Source: Eledone cirrhosa (lineage: Eukaryota). From it: a DNA stretch of 64,000 nucleotides. Both the position numbers and the translations under genes were made by a program. Location: the NCBI GenBank assembly GCA_964016885.1, contig OZ024740.1, forward strand, positions 370,202,001 to 370,266,000. Reading direction: 5' to 3'. Positions 23,554 through 36,497 of the stretch are shown one piece after another. The notes beneath the pieces are model-generated. The model did no database searches and had not been told where the DNA came from. It was given only the letters and a program-made list of their open reading frames with translations. Each line of letters begins with the position of its first letter. Position 1 is the stretch's first letter.

Positions 23554-23931
23554 TGGTAATGGCGGGAAATGAATGTCTGCCTGAGACAAATTTAAAATAT
23601 TGCTACTGCTTATATTTTTTTTTTGTGTTGGCAAACGTAGTAACATATACAATGGTGGTGTCGGTGTGAGGTGTTAATTTGTGAGGAAGGCTTTCAGCAG
23701 CTTGTTACAGAGGTGAATTAGCCATTTTTTCAAAGAAATTTTTTGATAATAATAAAAGTTTAAATTTTGGGCACAAGGCCCCAATCTTTTTGGGTGTCCT
23801 TTTCGGAAAACAATGTATGTGCGCTTATAAACAGTTAACAATAAAATTTTCCATAATTGACAATTTTTAACAAACGGAAATAACAAACCTTTTCGGAGCT
23901 CACGATGATACGATTTACTACGTAGGTCGCC

Positions 23932-23965
<34 letters not shown>

Positions 23966-24021
23966 GTAATATACATATATATATATACATATATATATAC
24001 ATATATATACACATACATACA

Positions 24022-24800
<779 letters not shown>

Positions 24801-26594
24801 GCGGATCTATATGGAATAGTCTGCAGTAACAGCCATAATCATTTTACTGTCTTTGTTTTGCTTGTCGGCGTATATACCGACTGGTTGAAATGGCAGTTGT
24901 TGGTTTGATTTTGCTTCTCTTATCATGTTGATAGCTGTTGTAGTTATATGTGGTTTCATTTCTCTTCTCGTTTCGGTAGTATTAATATAGTTATTACGTC
25001 AAATACAGACATTACATTATTTATCGTTTTGCTGAGGAAATATAAATACACGTCGCCAGCGTTTATTTAATTAATAGTTAAATTCTGAAACAATAATGAC
25101 CATATTTCCGTCTTGATTTTGATGTTATTTTAGGTTGTTTAATTTTTTTATTTATATTACATTTCTTGTTTCAATTCCAGTTCCTCGCGACTGTTATTAC
25201 TGATGTTGCTGTATTCGTTCTTTTTGTATTCTGGGGCTAAATTAAATTATAAACGAATTACCTCCATGTTAAAATCGATTCATCTATACATGCTCCAGGC
25301 AAAATAGAAATGCCTGCCTGCAACCGAATGGAAATTCTATATTTTACGAGGTACACATATATTTACTGTATATTAGCAAACAGCATCAGTTAGCTATTTT
25401 GATGTTGATATCTTGCTCGAAAGTAAGCGAAATGAATTGAAATTATTTCAAGCATAAGCTTGCACCTTGATATTTTCTGAACCCAGTTTTATGTATATCG
25501 GGGATGGTTATCTCATACGTTAAGGTGCTGACCGGACGTTGACAAATATTGACGAACAAAAACTTGTATTTATCTAAGGGTGACAGGAGGTTATAGGGTT
25601 AATGTATTTTCTTAAAGCTATTATAAATGCGAGTAAAATCAATTGACTGTCTGTGAGAATTCAATAAATATCCAGTCTCAGCTCACTGAGAGTTGTATTC
25701 CTCCACATGGTACACTTAACAGAAAAATATTCGTTTCCTCTTGACTGGGCACAAAGTGTATTATATTGGATAACTGTAGTTCCATGACTTTCTGCACTAT
25801 ATTAACAGCTTTCACTGCACATTAAATTAGGTTCCCTGCAAACCATCTCGAGCCATAGTTTTGAATATGAGGACCGCCAAATGCATTTTAAGTATTACAT
25901 TTCAATAATACAAGAATATGACAAGACATCAATAAAGGTGTATCTAAATGGTATCGCGAAAAACTAGAAATAGCAGCGGAATCTTCCCCAAGTGACTTCA
26001 TACTTCCTAAAAGCAATAACAACCATATGGAAATATTACGGATCTACTCGATCAATGCTTACCAGGAGGTAAGTAAAAATATAAATAGAGCATATAAATA
26101 GAGCATAGTCTGCCATTCATTTTCATTGAAAACAAGAATCATGTAAAACACTGGACAAATAATATCCTAATATTCCAATGCATGACCTAACTTTTTCAGT
26201 TGTTTATTATAAGTTTTGATAACTTGAGCAGTCAATTTTCGGAATTGATATTGTTATGAACAAAGTGGCCAGCCTTATTTAGTATCGAGCATTTACGTTT
26301 CGATTACAATTGACGTGATGCGACAAGTTTCCATCTCTCTCAACTCTGTGCATCTTGGGCATGGACAGTTTTATTGTATTGACAGTATACTTTCCGTACT
26401 ATATGTGCAGTACCTGGTAGTGCTATTTTCTGTAAAATGTCTATATAAGTCCTGGAATTCAGGTTATGTATCTGAATGCGATTATTTTACTATACCCAAA
26501 GCATGTATTATTATAGGGATTGTTTCTAAGGATAAGGATAAGGATAAGGATAAGGATAAGGATAAGGATAAGGATTGTTTCTAAGGTGTGGATA

Positions 26595-26806
26595 AAGGGC
26601 GGTGGATTGGCAGTAAGGGCGGTGGATTGGCAGTATCGGTAGAGGGTCGGACGCCATGCTTTCCAGCATAGTTACGTCCCTTTACGATCTGAGTTCAAAT
26701 CCCGCCGAGGTTGACTTTGCCTTTCATCCTTACGGGGTCGATAAAATAAAGTACCAGTAATGCACTGGGTAATTGCTGGCCTTGTGCCTAAAGTAGAAAC
26801 AATTAT
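26595..26806 (+). mobile_element. OK-like SINE, full length, with duplicated 20-bp head and 18-bp TSD
   Basis: TSD ATTATAGGGATTGTTTCT at 26510-26527 and 26802-26819; AAGGGCGGTGGATTGGCAGT twice; (AAGGAT)8 at 26528-26575. Confidence 0.88.
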
Positions 26807-27293
26807 AGGGATTGTTTCTGTTTCATCACCCATCTACGGGTTATTTCTGTCAATAGATCTTTTGCTAATTTTTTGTTTCCTTGATAACTATGTGGTCGTT
26901 TATGGGGATTAATACATCTATTAAAAATCATTTTCTTCTTTGAGGTATATGTATATATTATCCAGTCGGTTGGTGTTGAACGTTTGACTTGTCTGTGTTA
27001 TTGGCATACGCCAGGGTATGGTTGCCATTTCGTTGTCTTGTATAATCCCAGTATTAATATAATTTTAATGGTGAGAGGGATCAATCTAATTTTAAGTTCT
27101 ATTAAGAGTCAGAACAAGATGGACGTTGCAGTTAAATGATGGCGTTGATTTAATCGACTCTGCGCTTCTGTACATTTGTAGTCAATACCCACTTTAGAAA
27201 ACAATATCAAGTTTTGTTATAATGATTTCTATCATGATCACAAGTCTACGATTTTCATGCATAGCACAACCGATTGAATTAACCACAGAAGAT

Positions 27294-27387
27294 ATTTTAT
27301 CGAACCGAGCAGAATAAAATATTTAAAAGGTGCATTAAAATTTTATCGAACCGAGCAGATTAAAATGTTTAAAAGGTGCATTAAAAT
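27294..27387. repeat. 46-bp tandem duplication
   Basis: ATTTTATCGAACCGAGCAGA.TAAAAT.TTTAAAAGGTGCATTAAA twice. Confidence 0.85.
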
Positions 27388-28003
27388 GTTTCATACTTTT
27401 AAAACAGAATAGAAGCCTCCAATGTATATATGGTGGCCTTATAAGAGACTTAACTTTCGATTCACACAAATTAGTCAGAGCCCTACCAAAGCTAGGTGCA
27501 TTATCCTTCTTCTCTTCATTGAAGTAAAATTAGGTGATTAGGTGTGGATAGATCTGTATGGTATAGCGCAAGTCTGTGATTTCCCAATTATATTACTGAC
27601 GACAAACGCCATGGATTTGCTAGGCCATTCGCCAATATCTGCAACTCTGCATTTAGCAAAGTTATTAGACGGAATGATCAATTCCATCCATTGTTATCGG
27701 CATTTCTCAGCAGTGCAATTACACACTTGGCTCAAAAAGCTAGAAATATTCTCGTTATGCTGTCAGTTGCAGTACACGTCTACCAAGGTATCGGCGAGTA
27801 GAGGTCATAAACCAAGTGATCTGTCCTTCATGCACTGACTTAATAATTGAAATATGGATGGTGGTATCAGCTTTTCGCAATATTTCACATCAACCGCCGA
27901 GTATTCCTTTCTAAAATATCTATATGTGTCAAGTTTGATATTTCATTTTTAAAGGGTTATCTGTATAATCTATATACCAGTTTTATTATTTCCTTATCCA
28001 GTC

Positions 28004-28180
28004 AAGGCAAAGTCAACCTCGGCGGTATTTGAACTCAGAATGGCAAGAGTTACGGCCCTTGCCATTCTGAGTTCAAATCCCGCCGAGGTTGACTTTGCCT
28101 TTCATCCTTACGGGGTCGATAAAATAAAGTACCAGTAATGCACTGGTTAATTGCTGGCCTTGTGCCTAAAGTAGAACAAA
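28004..28180 (+). mobile_element. OK-like SINE with 5' fold-back inversion and 18-bp TSD
   Basis: 28004-28047 is the reverse complement of 28058-28101; TSD ATTATTTCCTTATCCAGT at 27985-28002 and 28180-28197. Confidence 0.85.
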
Positions 28181-28324
28181 TTATTTCCTTATCCAGTAAT
28201 TGTATTTCATTATCTTCTACCCTCTTTGCTCTCTTCGATATTCAAAATCTGATGATTTTATCCCCAAAAGCCAATATTCTCACAAACCTCTTATAGGAAG
28301 GAGCCTATTATTTCATCGGATTAG

Positions 28325-28432
28325 CAGTTCAAATCCCGCCGATGTTAACTTTGCCTTTCATCCTTACTGGGTCGATGAAAAATATAATGCACTGGGGTAA
28401 TTGCTGGCTTTGTGCCAAAAGTAGAATCAATC
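28325..28432 (+). mobile_element. OK-like SINE fragment
   Basis: AGTTCAAATCCCGCCGA.GTTAACTTTGCCTTTCATCC...GCTGGC.TTGTGCCAAAAGTAGAA. Confidence 0.75.
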
Positions 28433-31400
28433 ATTATTAACAAACATTTTCAGATCACTTTTTAGAAGAATCTTTAATTTAATTTGAATGCCTTTAATAA
28501 TAATCCTATCAATTACAACTTTTTAGTAATAGTGTTAAAGGTATCACCTATATTCTGTACATACTTGGGTAAAATTCAATTTATTTAGAAATGTAACCTA
28601 ATTTTCAGGAACTATTACATAGATTATACTTTGACAGGGTTCAAATTCAAAGTGCAATCTGAAGTATCGTAGGACTAGCGGAATTTCAAAGGATTTCAGA
28701 AGAGAATAAATAAAAATAGTATGAATTACCATAATTATACCTGAAATAAGACAATATATGGGTTAGAATAGACTTCCTACTAATTAAATATTGCTCTCTA
28801 TCACTTATGAATATTTGCACTTGATATTCTAATTGTATTCATTATACTCGAGAGACTAACGTAGTGCAAGTCGCACTCATCACTACAGAATTTCTTTGTT
28901 TTTAATTCTGCAATTTAATGCAGTTTAAAACGATATATTTTTTTGTTAAATGATCAATACGGTGAACGAACACGAATATGAATTTGTAAGATTTATTAAT
29001 GCGTACAAAACTGAATTAGAATGTCAAAATGGCATTAAATTACAATTACATGACAGATCTTATAGATTTGAAATTTAAATGATGGGTTTGTATTTCTTAT
29101 GTTTGCTTGATATCTGTTTTCTCATGTTTCTACGAAAGACCGAATTCTGTTGCTGCTTCACAGTTTTATTTACTCTAGGCAACTTCAATAACGTTTAGTT
29201 GGAATACTGATGTATACTTGGTTTTGATTTTTGTTTCCAACGAGGCAACTTTTCACAAAATAGCATAAAATATTCAAGTCAAAGCTATACGAATGTATTT
29301 TGTAAGTGTCCTATCAAGTGAGATTGTGACCTAACTCGGAACTGTAATTGATAGAAATACTGAACAATACTGTAGCCAATCAGAAACAATAGTATTTCGA
29401 ATAACCTTTCGACCAGTAATAAACAGGGATCATATTCAATGTGAGATACATGCAACATACCAAATCTTTAATCCGAAATAGGTGGTCGACCATTATATAT
29501 TATCGTTCATACAACTATACCCAGTAGTAAAAAGAAAAACTACAACCCAATTCTCTGAAAGAGGAACTTACTTATCTTAAGTTATTTATTTTCATTAGAA
29601 TTTGTAAGTTTTGTTTGCTAATTATTTTTACTATTATAACCAATTATCTCGGATAACCTGAAAACATTCCCGTATCCAGTGTAGTGTTAAAGACGCGAAA
29701 TACCAACGTTTATATATTATCAAAGTAAATGGTGATATATTGTTAGACTTCGTAGATCGATTGACAAAGCAGCTGCTGGTATTTAGTTATATCTCTTTGT
29801 GAGTTCAAATACTGCTGCAGTCAACTTCGATGCCCACGTTATGAGGTCTATAAAATATAGTTCCAGCCAACAAAAAAAAACTTCGGTGTTCATTCTTGAT
29901 AGGTCTGATAAATATAGTTCCGGTAAAGAACGCAGTGGAAAGTAATCGCCTATACTCTTTTCCCCAGAATATGGTTGTGTGCTAATGTCATAAATAATCA
30001 TTGAATTATGCTGTATTGGTACAATGAGAAATTCCTTGTGGTATTTACTTCAATTCTATTACTTTTTCAGTTGAAACCTCAATTTTTACATTTATCTTTC
30101 ATCCCACAGGTCTCATTCAAATAATTACATGTCAGTAAGCTTGTCATGATTAATTATATTGTCCCATAGTTCCTATTGTTATTTATATTGCTTCAATTAT
30201 TAGAATCGGAGTATGAGGAATTATAAATATTGTTTTTTCTTTTGTTCTGTCATGTTTTCCAATTATTTTGTTGCTCCTTTCAAGTTGGAACTCCGTCGGA
30301 TTCTACTGTCCATCTGATCATCAGTTTCGGTCCATATAATGATTTATACGTATTATATAAGAACATGGATTCAGTCAACTAGAAACTCTCTGTCCCCGGC
30401 AAGTAAACAAATGCATCCTCCTGTTAAAATATAAGAAATTGTAATCAGGATTACCTTATAGATTTTTCCAGTTATGATTTTTCCTATTCCTTTCTTTTAT
30501 CAATTAACAAACACTGTCTATCAAACACGGGGAACAAAACAGTGTGCATTGTTCATCACCGAAACATACGTATTTGCTATAATCGGTGGTATTGATGTAT
30601 ATCATTAAGGAAATACGGCGAGTATCTAAGCGAAAGGGAGAGCATGAAAGAGAAACAGAGATAGTGGTAAGAGAGAGTGAGAGATTGTTGCAGAGAGAAA
30701 CAAAACGACAATAGCGAGGAAAACATATATACACAGGGAAATAGAGATTGTTGCCTGTGATGATATATGAGATGTATCTGAGTGAGAAAGAGAGAGAATA
30801 AGTAGAAGCAGGTGTGAAGTGTAATGGATCTATAGATGATAATATATATAAGAAATATAAGAAAAGAACATCAAAAGAAGAGAATGTTAAGCTCTATGGT
30901 TAGAGGAAGAGTAGATTACTGAGAAAGACTGATAAAAACGAGAGTCAAAGAATGCGGACAATGTGAATTAAAAGTAGATGAGAAGGAAATGTAGAGAGAT
31001 CAAGGAATATATTGAGACGATTTCTAAAGTCAAAGTGAACCCAGAGGGGAGTAACGCAAATTAAAAAAAGAAAATAGATTAGATCACTGCTGTAGTAAAT
31101 TTTCCTCTGAGCATCGCAGGTTTAGTAACGCTAGTGATGTAAATGTGTATGGGTGTGTGTTTTATAAGATGACTATATTAAACCTGTATTTGTAAACAAC
31201 TGTCACTGTGTATTCTTGCTACCACTTCTGCAAACATAATTCGTGCATTTCCCCTCTGAAGGAAACATAAGATAGAAATTATTATTTGCAGGAAATGAAT
31301 ATTGTCCTTGGTACAATTGTAAATTGTTTTATTATAATTCCACTTAAGAACATAGATAATAAGAAATATGGATTTCGGTTCATTTAAATTGGTTTAAACA

Positions 31401-32084
31401 ATTCAGTTGACAATCAATTTGTTCAATATAAGAATGCTTAGAAATATTTTTTTGATTAAATTAATGCCGTACCATCCTTAGCAAAATGAATATAAAGTAC
31501 TTAGAATACGAGTATATTAATAAAGGGGAATTTGTTCAAAGTGGGATTTCAACTGTGAGTATAGATCGAAACAACTGCTGCAATCCATCGTCCTTATGTC
31601 AGGTATTAGTAAATGAAAACATCGTTACAGATTTTTAACCAATTAAATGCATACATTATTTTCTATTGAGAAAAGATGTTTAATATATAGAAAATTAAAA
31701 CGAAAAGAAGATAAATATGCGGTAAAAATTATCATCAATCGATGACTAAATCTGTAAGAAGGAGAACTCATAGGATATATTTATTTGTATGTTTCTGTTG
31801 ACCAGTAGTGAACTCATTGTTTTTGTTTTAATTAACCTCACGCCAGCTCTATAAATAAATCTATAGTCATAGATTCTCGAGACCTAAACATAATGTGTTT
31901 TATTTGGCAAGCATAAGATACGTAGGAGTACATTATCAAATATATGATTCTGTGTAAGGCACATGAATGGTACAGTGATTAAGAAGTTTGCTTCAGAATC
32001 ATGAAGATCCGACGTCTATCACCAGCAAGTGGTAACGTGAACAAATAACCTATTTAGATCGAACCAAGCTTTGTAACGGAAATC

Positions 32085-32140
32085 ATTGTTTCTACTTTTG
32101 GCACAAGGCCAGCAATTATCCCAGTGTATTACTGGTACTT
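32085..32140 (-). mobile_element. OK-like SINE 3' fragment with ~15-bp TSD, inside an older SINE (~31960-32330)
   Basis: CTTTGTAACGGAAAT occurs on both sides of TTGTTTCTACTTTTGGCACAAGGCCAGCAATTA...GGTAC. Confidence 0.7.
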
Positions 32141-33762
32141 TGTAACGGAAATAATGGTAGAAGACACTGTGCAGAAACAATCGTTGTTAACTGTAACTGT
32201 TTTGGAGTAGAAATCTCAATCATTAGCCTGGTTTAACACGACACTTGCCCGTTATGTACCTTTAGCAAATTTCACTTGGTTGCAGCAATCGAACTAGTTC
32301 TCAATATCTTGATATACGTCTTCCTATAGCAATAACTTATGTGTCAGGAGTAGCTATTTCCTTCCTCGACACAGGAGGCGTTGATCCTGTTAAAGTCTTG
32401 GGTTTTGCATAAGCCAGTAAGGTGTTATCTGAAGAGAATGTGGATACTATTCCTAACAGGTCGAGTCACTATATCGAGGTTCTTATGTTGTGATCGTCTA
32501 GTCATGAACTAGTGGAATATATTGGAGTAAATGAATAGTTCGATTTAAATTTTTTACTTCGGGTACAACAGATTGATAATAGAGTTGAAACCATCGATTT
32601 ATTCGTTCATATGTTTTGCGCAGGCTATTACATGCCAGGGCTGATGTATAATCCTAAGCTAACTATCATAGGAATGGAACACGCGAGAAATCCCCTCTGC
32701 TGTTGTACCACTAATTTACAAATAAATATAGATGTGTTTCTATAAATGTTTCATGATATTCTCTGATATTGGGCGTGTCACTTCGTCTACACTTGCCAAA
32801 TCAATACCTTGCTTTTCTAGCAGGAACAAAACATGAAACAAAACAAATCATTCGCTAATACTATTTATGAGCAATGGCCAAAACATTAAAGCAAAAATAA
32901 AATACCATTAGAACCAATATTAATTTCAGGGTAAAAATCTATGAAAATATGAAACAACTAAATAATAATCACTTGCAGTAAACTATTGTAAGATTAATAA
33001 ATTACCTGACAAGTTCAGTCGCTAGGAAACAATGATTTTCTTTTGTGTGGTTGAAATTATATATTATGGTTGGTTATTTTGCCTCATTTTTTCTGCTGTT
33101 GATCGTGCCTCTTCTACCTTCTTATCACAAACTGAATATTTATCTCTTTCACGCATATTAGAGATAGAACTTTGTCACGGTCTCTTCATTGCTGCTTTTT
33201 TTATCACTTTTAATAAGAGAAACCGTTTTACGCCAAAGAAGTAGTGTTAAATGAAAGGAAATCATTTTTTTTATTTGCTTTTTTTCTTTCCAAATTTTAA
33301 GTATGACTTCCATTATTGTATCTCCGCTCTCAATGTCTCTCATCAAAGACAATATACGCGCTATCTCTAATTTAACGGAATGTTAAATTTATATACATTT
33401 CTCAGATTCTTAGTGACACCTTTAATTAACTTGTTTCTTATATTCATTCTCTTCCTTCATTATTGTAGTAGAGGTTTTGTATAGCGGTTCTGTTTAGTTT
33501 TTTTATACTTCCAAGACATCATATATCTATATTTCTCCTCTTTCCTTCTCATTTATTTTTTCTTATTATTATTTATGTTTCACTTTATACACATTTTCCT
33601 TTAAATTATTAATATCCGAAAGATTTATCAATATACTGACATGATATCTCTAAGGACTTATTATTTTCTCGATCAAAAAGCGGATTTGTATTTTTCACAT
33701 TGATGCAGCGGTAAAATATCTTTCTTTCATGTCCATTCACACACACACACACACACACACAT

Positions 33763-33822
<60 letters not shown>

Positions 33823-33990
33823 TATATATATATATATACATACATATATATACTATATATATATATATACATACATATATATACTATATATATATATATA
33901 CATACATATATATACTATATATATATATATACATACATATATATACTATATTTATATATATACATACATATATATACTATATATATATAT

Positions 33991-34066
<76 letters not shown>

Positions 34067-34072
34067 ATATAA

Positions 34073-34255
34073 AGGAACGAGTAGGACCCCGACGGCTGAG
34101 CTCAAGCCGTTTCGACGGCTATTTCTGGACTGAATTAGCCGTCGAAACGGCTTGAGCTCAGCCGTCGGGTTCCTACTCGTTCCTATTACCCACTCTACTA
34201 CCCTAAGTATTGACTACTTTGGTGCGTTATGGTCCACCTGGTTCCTTACCACAAA
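34073..34255 (+). mobile_element. Short element with a 112-bp near-perfect palindrome (34073-34184) centred on hammerhead stem II
   Basis: GACGGCTA-loop-TAGCCGTC-GAAA-CGGCT TGAGCTC AGCCG-TC gives stem II, GAAA, stem III and a GUC site; the 5' CUGANGA half is replaced by a mirror of the 3' half. Confidence 0.7.
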
Positions 34256-34770
34256 CATATATGTATACAGACGTACAGTAGTATGTATATACATACATAC
34301 ATGCACACATACATATATGTACGTATGGATTCACCGAACATTTATTATAATGCCCGGTGTGTTTGTAAACAAACATCCCGAATTAAGCCGTACAGTATCT
34401 AACAATCATCGTTGCTCATTTGTTCAACACTGACAAAGGAATTAGGCTGCTCAGCCGTTAATATGCATAAGGAAAGTATATACTTGCAGACGTTCAATCA
34501 TCTGGCAGGAATGTATACGTTGCTGACGATAGCTAATAAGCTTGAAACTAGTACAGCGTTCCTATGTCAGTGTTGAACAAATGAGCAACGATGGTTGCTA
34601 GACACTGTACGGCTTAATTCGGGATGTTTGTTTACAAACACACCGAGCATTATAATAAATGTTCGGTGAATCCATACGTACATATATATATATGTGTGCA
34701 TGTATGTATATATATATACATACTACTGTACGTCTGTATACATATATGTATGTGCGTATACATACTTATA
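34255..34770. mobile_element. Second copy of the 7051-7721 fold-back family (left arm shorter, 34255-34441)
   Basis: Aligns by eye to 7070-7258 and 7393-7721. Confidence 0.85.
34517..34559 (+). ncRNA. Type I minimal hammerhead ribozyme motif
   Basis: ACGTTG-CTGACGA-TAGCTAATAAGCTT-GAAA-CTAGT-A-CAGCGT; the stem I A-U pair of the 7470 copy is U.G here, so pairing is kept. Confidence 0.85.
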
Positions 34771-34850
34771 TATATATATATATAAGTATGTATACGCACA
34801 TATATATATGTATACATACGTACAGTAGTATGTATATATATATACATACA

Positions 34851-35435
34851 GGAATAATCACAGGAGATAATTTTGATTATCTTAATTTTGGATATAGATA
34901 TATAAATACGGCTCCTTAATTGTAGAGCTAACTCTGTTGAAAGGATTTCACTGCTGTTTCTAGTTGTCGATAACCCTATTCACGCCACTGTGACGAAGCT
35001 AGTATGATGTGTGTATTTCTAATAGATAGAGCACGTGTTGCTGGCCAGTCGCTGATTTGAACTTGAAGTGTAAACATAGATCGCTGGACTTCTTCCTTGT
35101 TGAAAATCCAAGTACCGGCCTCCATGGTTTACCATTCGATTAATTGGTGAAATATATTTCTTTAATGGAATATATACAGGGAAGATTAATCATATTATAA
35201 GGTATCTATTTTTGAAGTTCTGGTTAATTTTATTTAGTTACCTGCCTAGCTATGTGTGCTTACACACTTGTAAAAAGTATCTCCTGTGATTATTCATGTA
35301 TATTTATATGTTAATCAATTTCTAGTTATTATAAAATGCTCGGACCTATTCGTTAGAATCTTAAAGCTTATTTTGCGGGTGATATGGCGCATGTCTTTCT
35401 GGCATGACACCCATAATTTTGATTATCTTAATTTT

Positions 35436-35441
<6 letters not shown>
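34851..35441 (+). mobile_element. TA-embedded non-coding element with a ~30-bp direct repeat of its 3' end (pseudo-LTR-like)
   Basis: ATAATTTTGATTATCTTAATTTTGGATATA at ~34867 and ~35413. Confidence 0.5.
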
Positions 35442-35486
<45 letters not shown>

Positions 35487-36154
35487 TAAATATATGTCTG
35501 TACGTGTGTCCATCTCTGTGTGTTGTGTGCCAGTGAATATGTTTGTGTGTGTGCCTGTATGTATATGCCTGGAATTTTATATATGTATAAATGCACACAA
35601 GAATTTATATACGCATGCATACTAATCTAGATGGCATGTTTAGTCTAGAAGGTTGAAATGTAAGCAAGAGATCGCTTCCTGTAATTCAACCAAGTTCTCA
35701 ATTTAACCAAGTCCTGAATATATTGTATGTCTGAAACAGACGGGTTGTTACAGTTAAAATAACTTCACACATAGATATACTCCATCGGAGTTAATATACG
35801 AACAGGAAAACATTGATGACTCAAGTGCAGAAGTGTCAAGCGGGTATCTTTAATACCAGGCTGACTACTACAGGGGAATTCGCTATTATTGCTAGCACTT
35901 CAGTTATTTCCCAGTTAATATAACATAATTCTAAACAATTATCATAATTACCGATTTATACATCGCGCCTTACTAATTTGGTGTGAGTACAATGCCTATC
36001 AACATTCTTGCAAGATTTCCAAGACCTTAACACAAAACAAAAACGTTCAAATATTTTGCTACAAACTTCCTGCACGATTTTTGAACTGTGGTTCAAATGA
36101 CAGTCACGACCTAGAGTTGGGTTGCTTTTAAACATTCCTTTAAAGTCAATTAGA

Positions 36155-36497
36155 TAATTTTTTCTACTTTCGGCACAAGGCCAGCAAATACCCCGTGCAT
36201 TACTGGTACTTTATTTTATCGACCCCATAAGGATGAAAGACAAAGTTAACCTCGGCGGGATTTGAACTCAGAATGGCAAGGGCCGTAACTCTATGCGTCA
36301 AGATAATTGTTTCTACATTTTGGCACAAGGCCAGCAATTATCCCAATGTATTACTGGTACTTTATTTTATAGACTCCGTAAGGATGAAAGGCAAAGTTAA
36401 CCCCGGCGGGATTTGAACTCAGACCATAAAGAGCCGTAACTCTTTGTTGCAAAGCATAGCGTCCGACCCTCTACCGATACTGCCAACCCACCGCCCT
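36155..36497 (-). mobile_element. Two adjacent or nested OK-like SINEs
   Basis: Two family cores (36155-36298 and 36304-36497); TGCGTCAAGATAAT is duplicated at ~36294 and ~36500. Confidence 0.85.

Larger units (their letters stand above)
18042..23931 (-). mobile_element. L1/Tx1-clade LINE, apparently full length (~5.9 kb), inserted in (TAA)n
   Basis: 5' UTR, gag-like ORF1, APE-RT ORF2 and 3' UTR ending AATAAAGAAAAC; (ATT)n on its sense strand on both sides. Confidence 0.9.

Noticed and set aside
34983-35047. GTGACGA-AGCTA...GAGCACGTGT hammerhead-like remnant; similarly CCGATGA at ~41013
   Set aside because: Multiple core mismatches and weak stems; a family consensus is needed.
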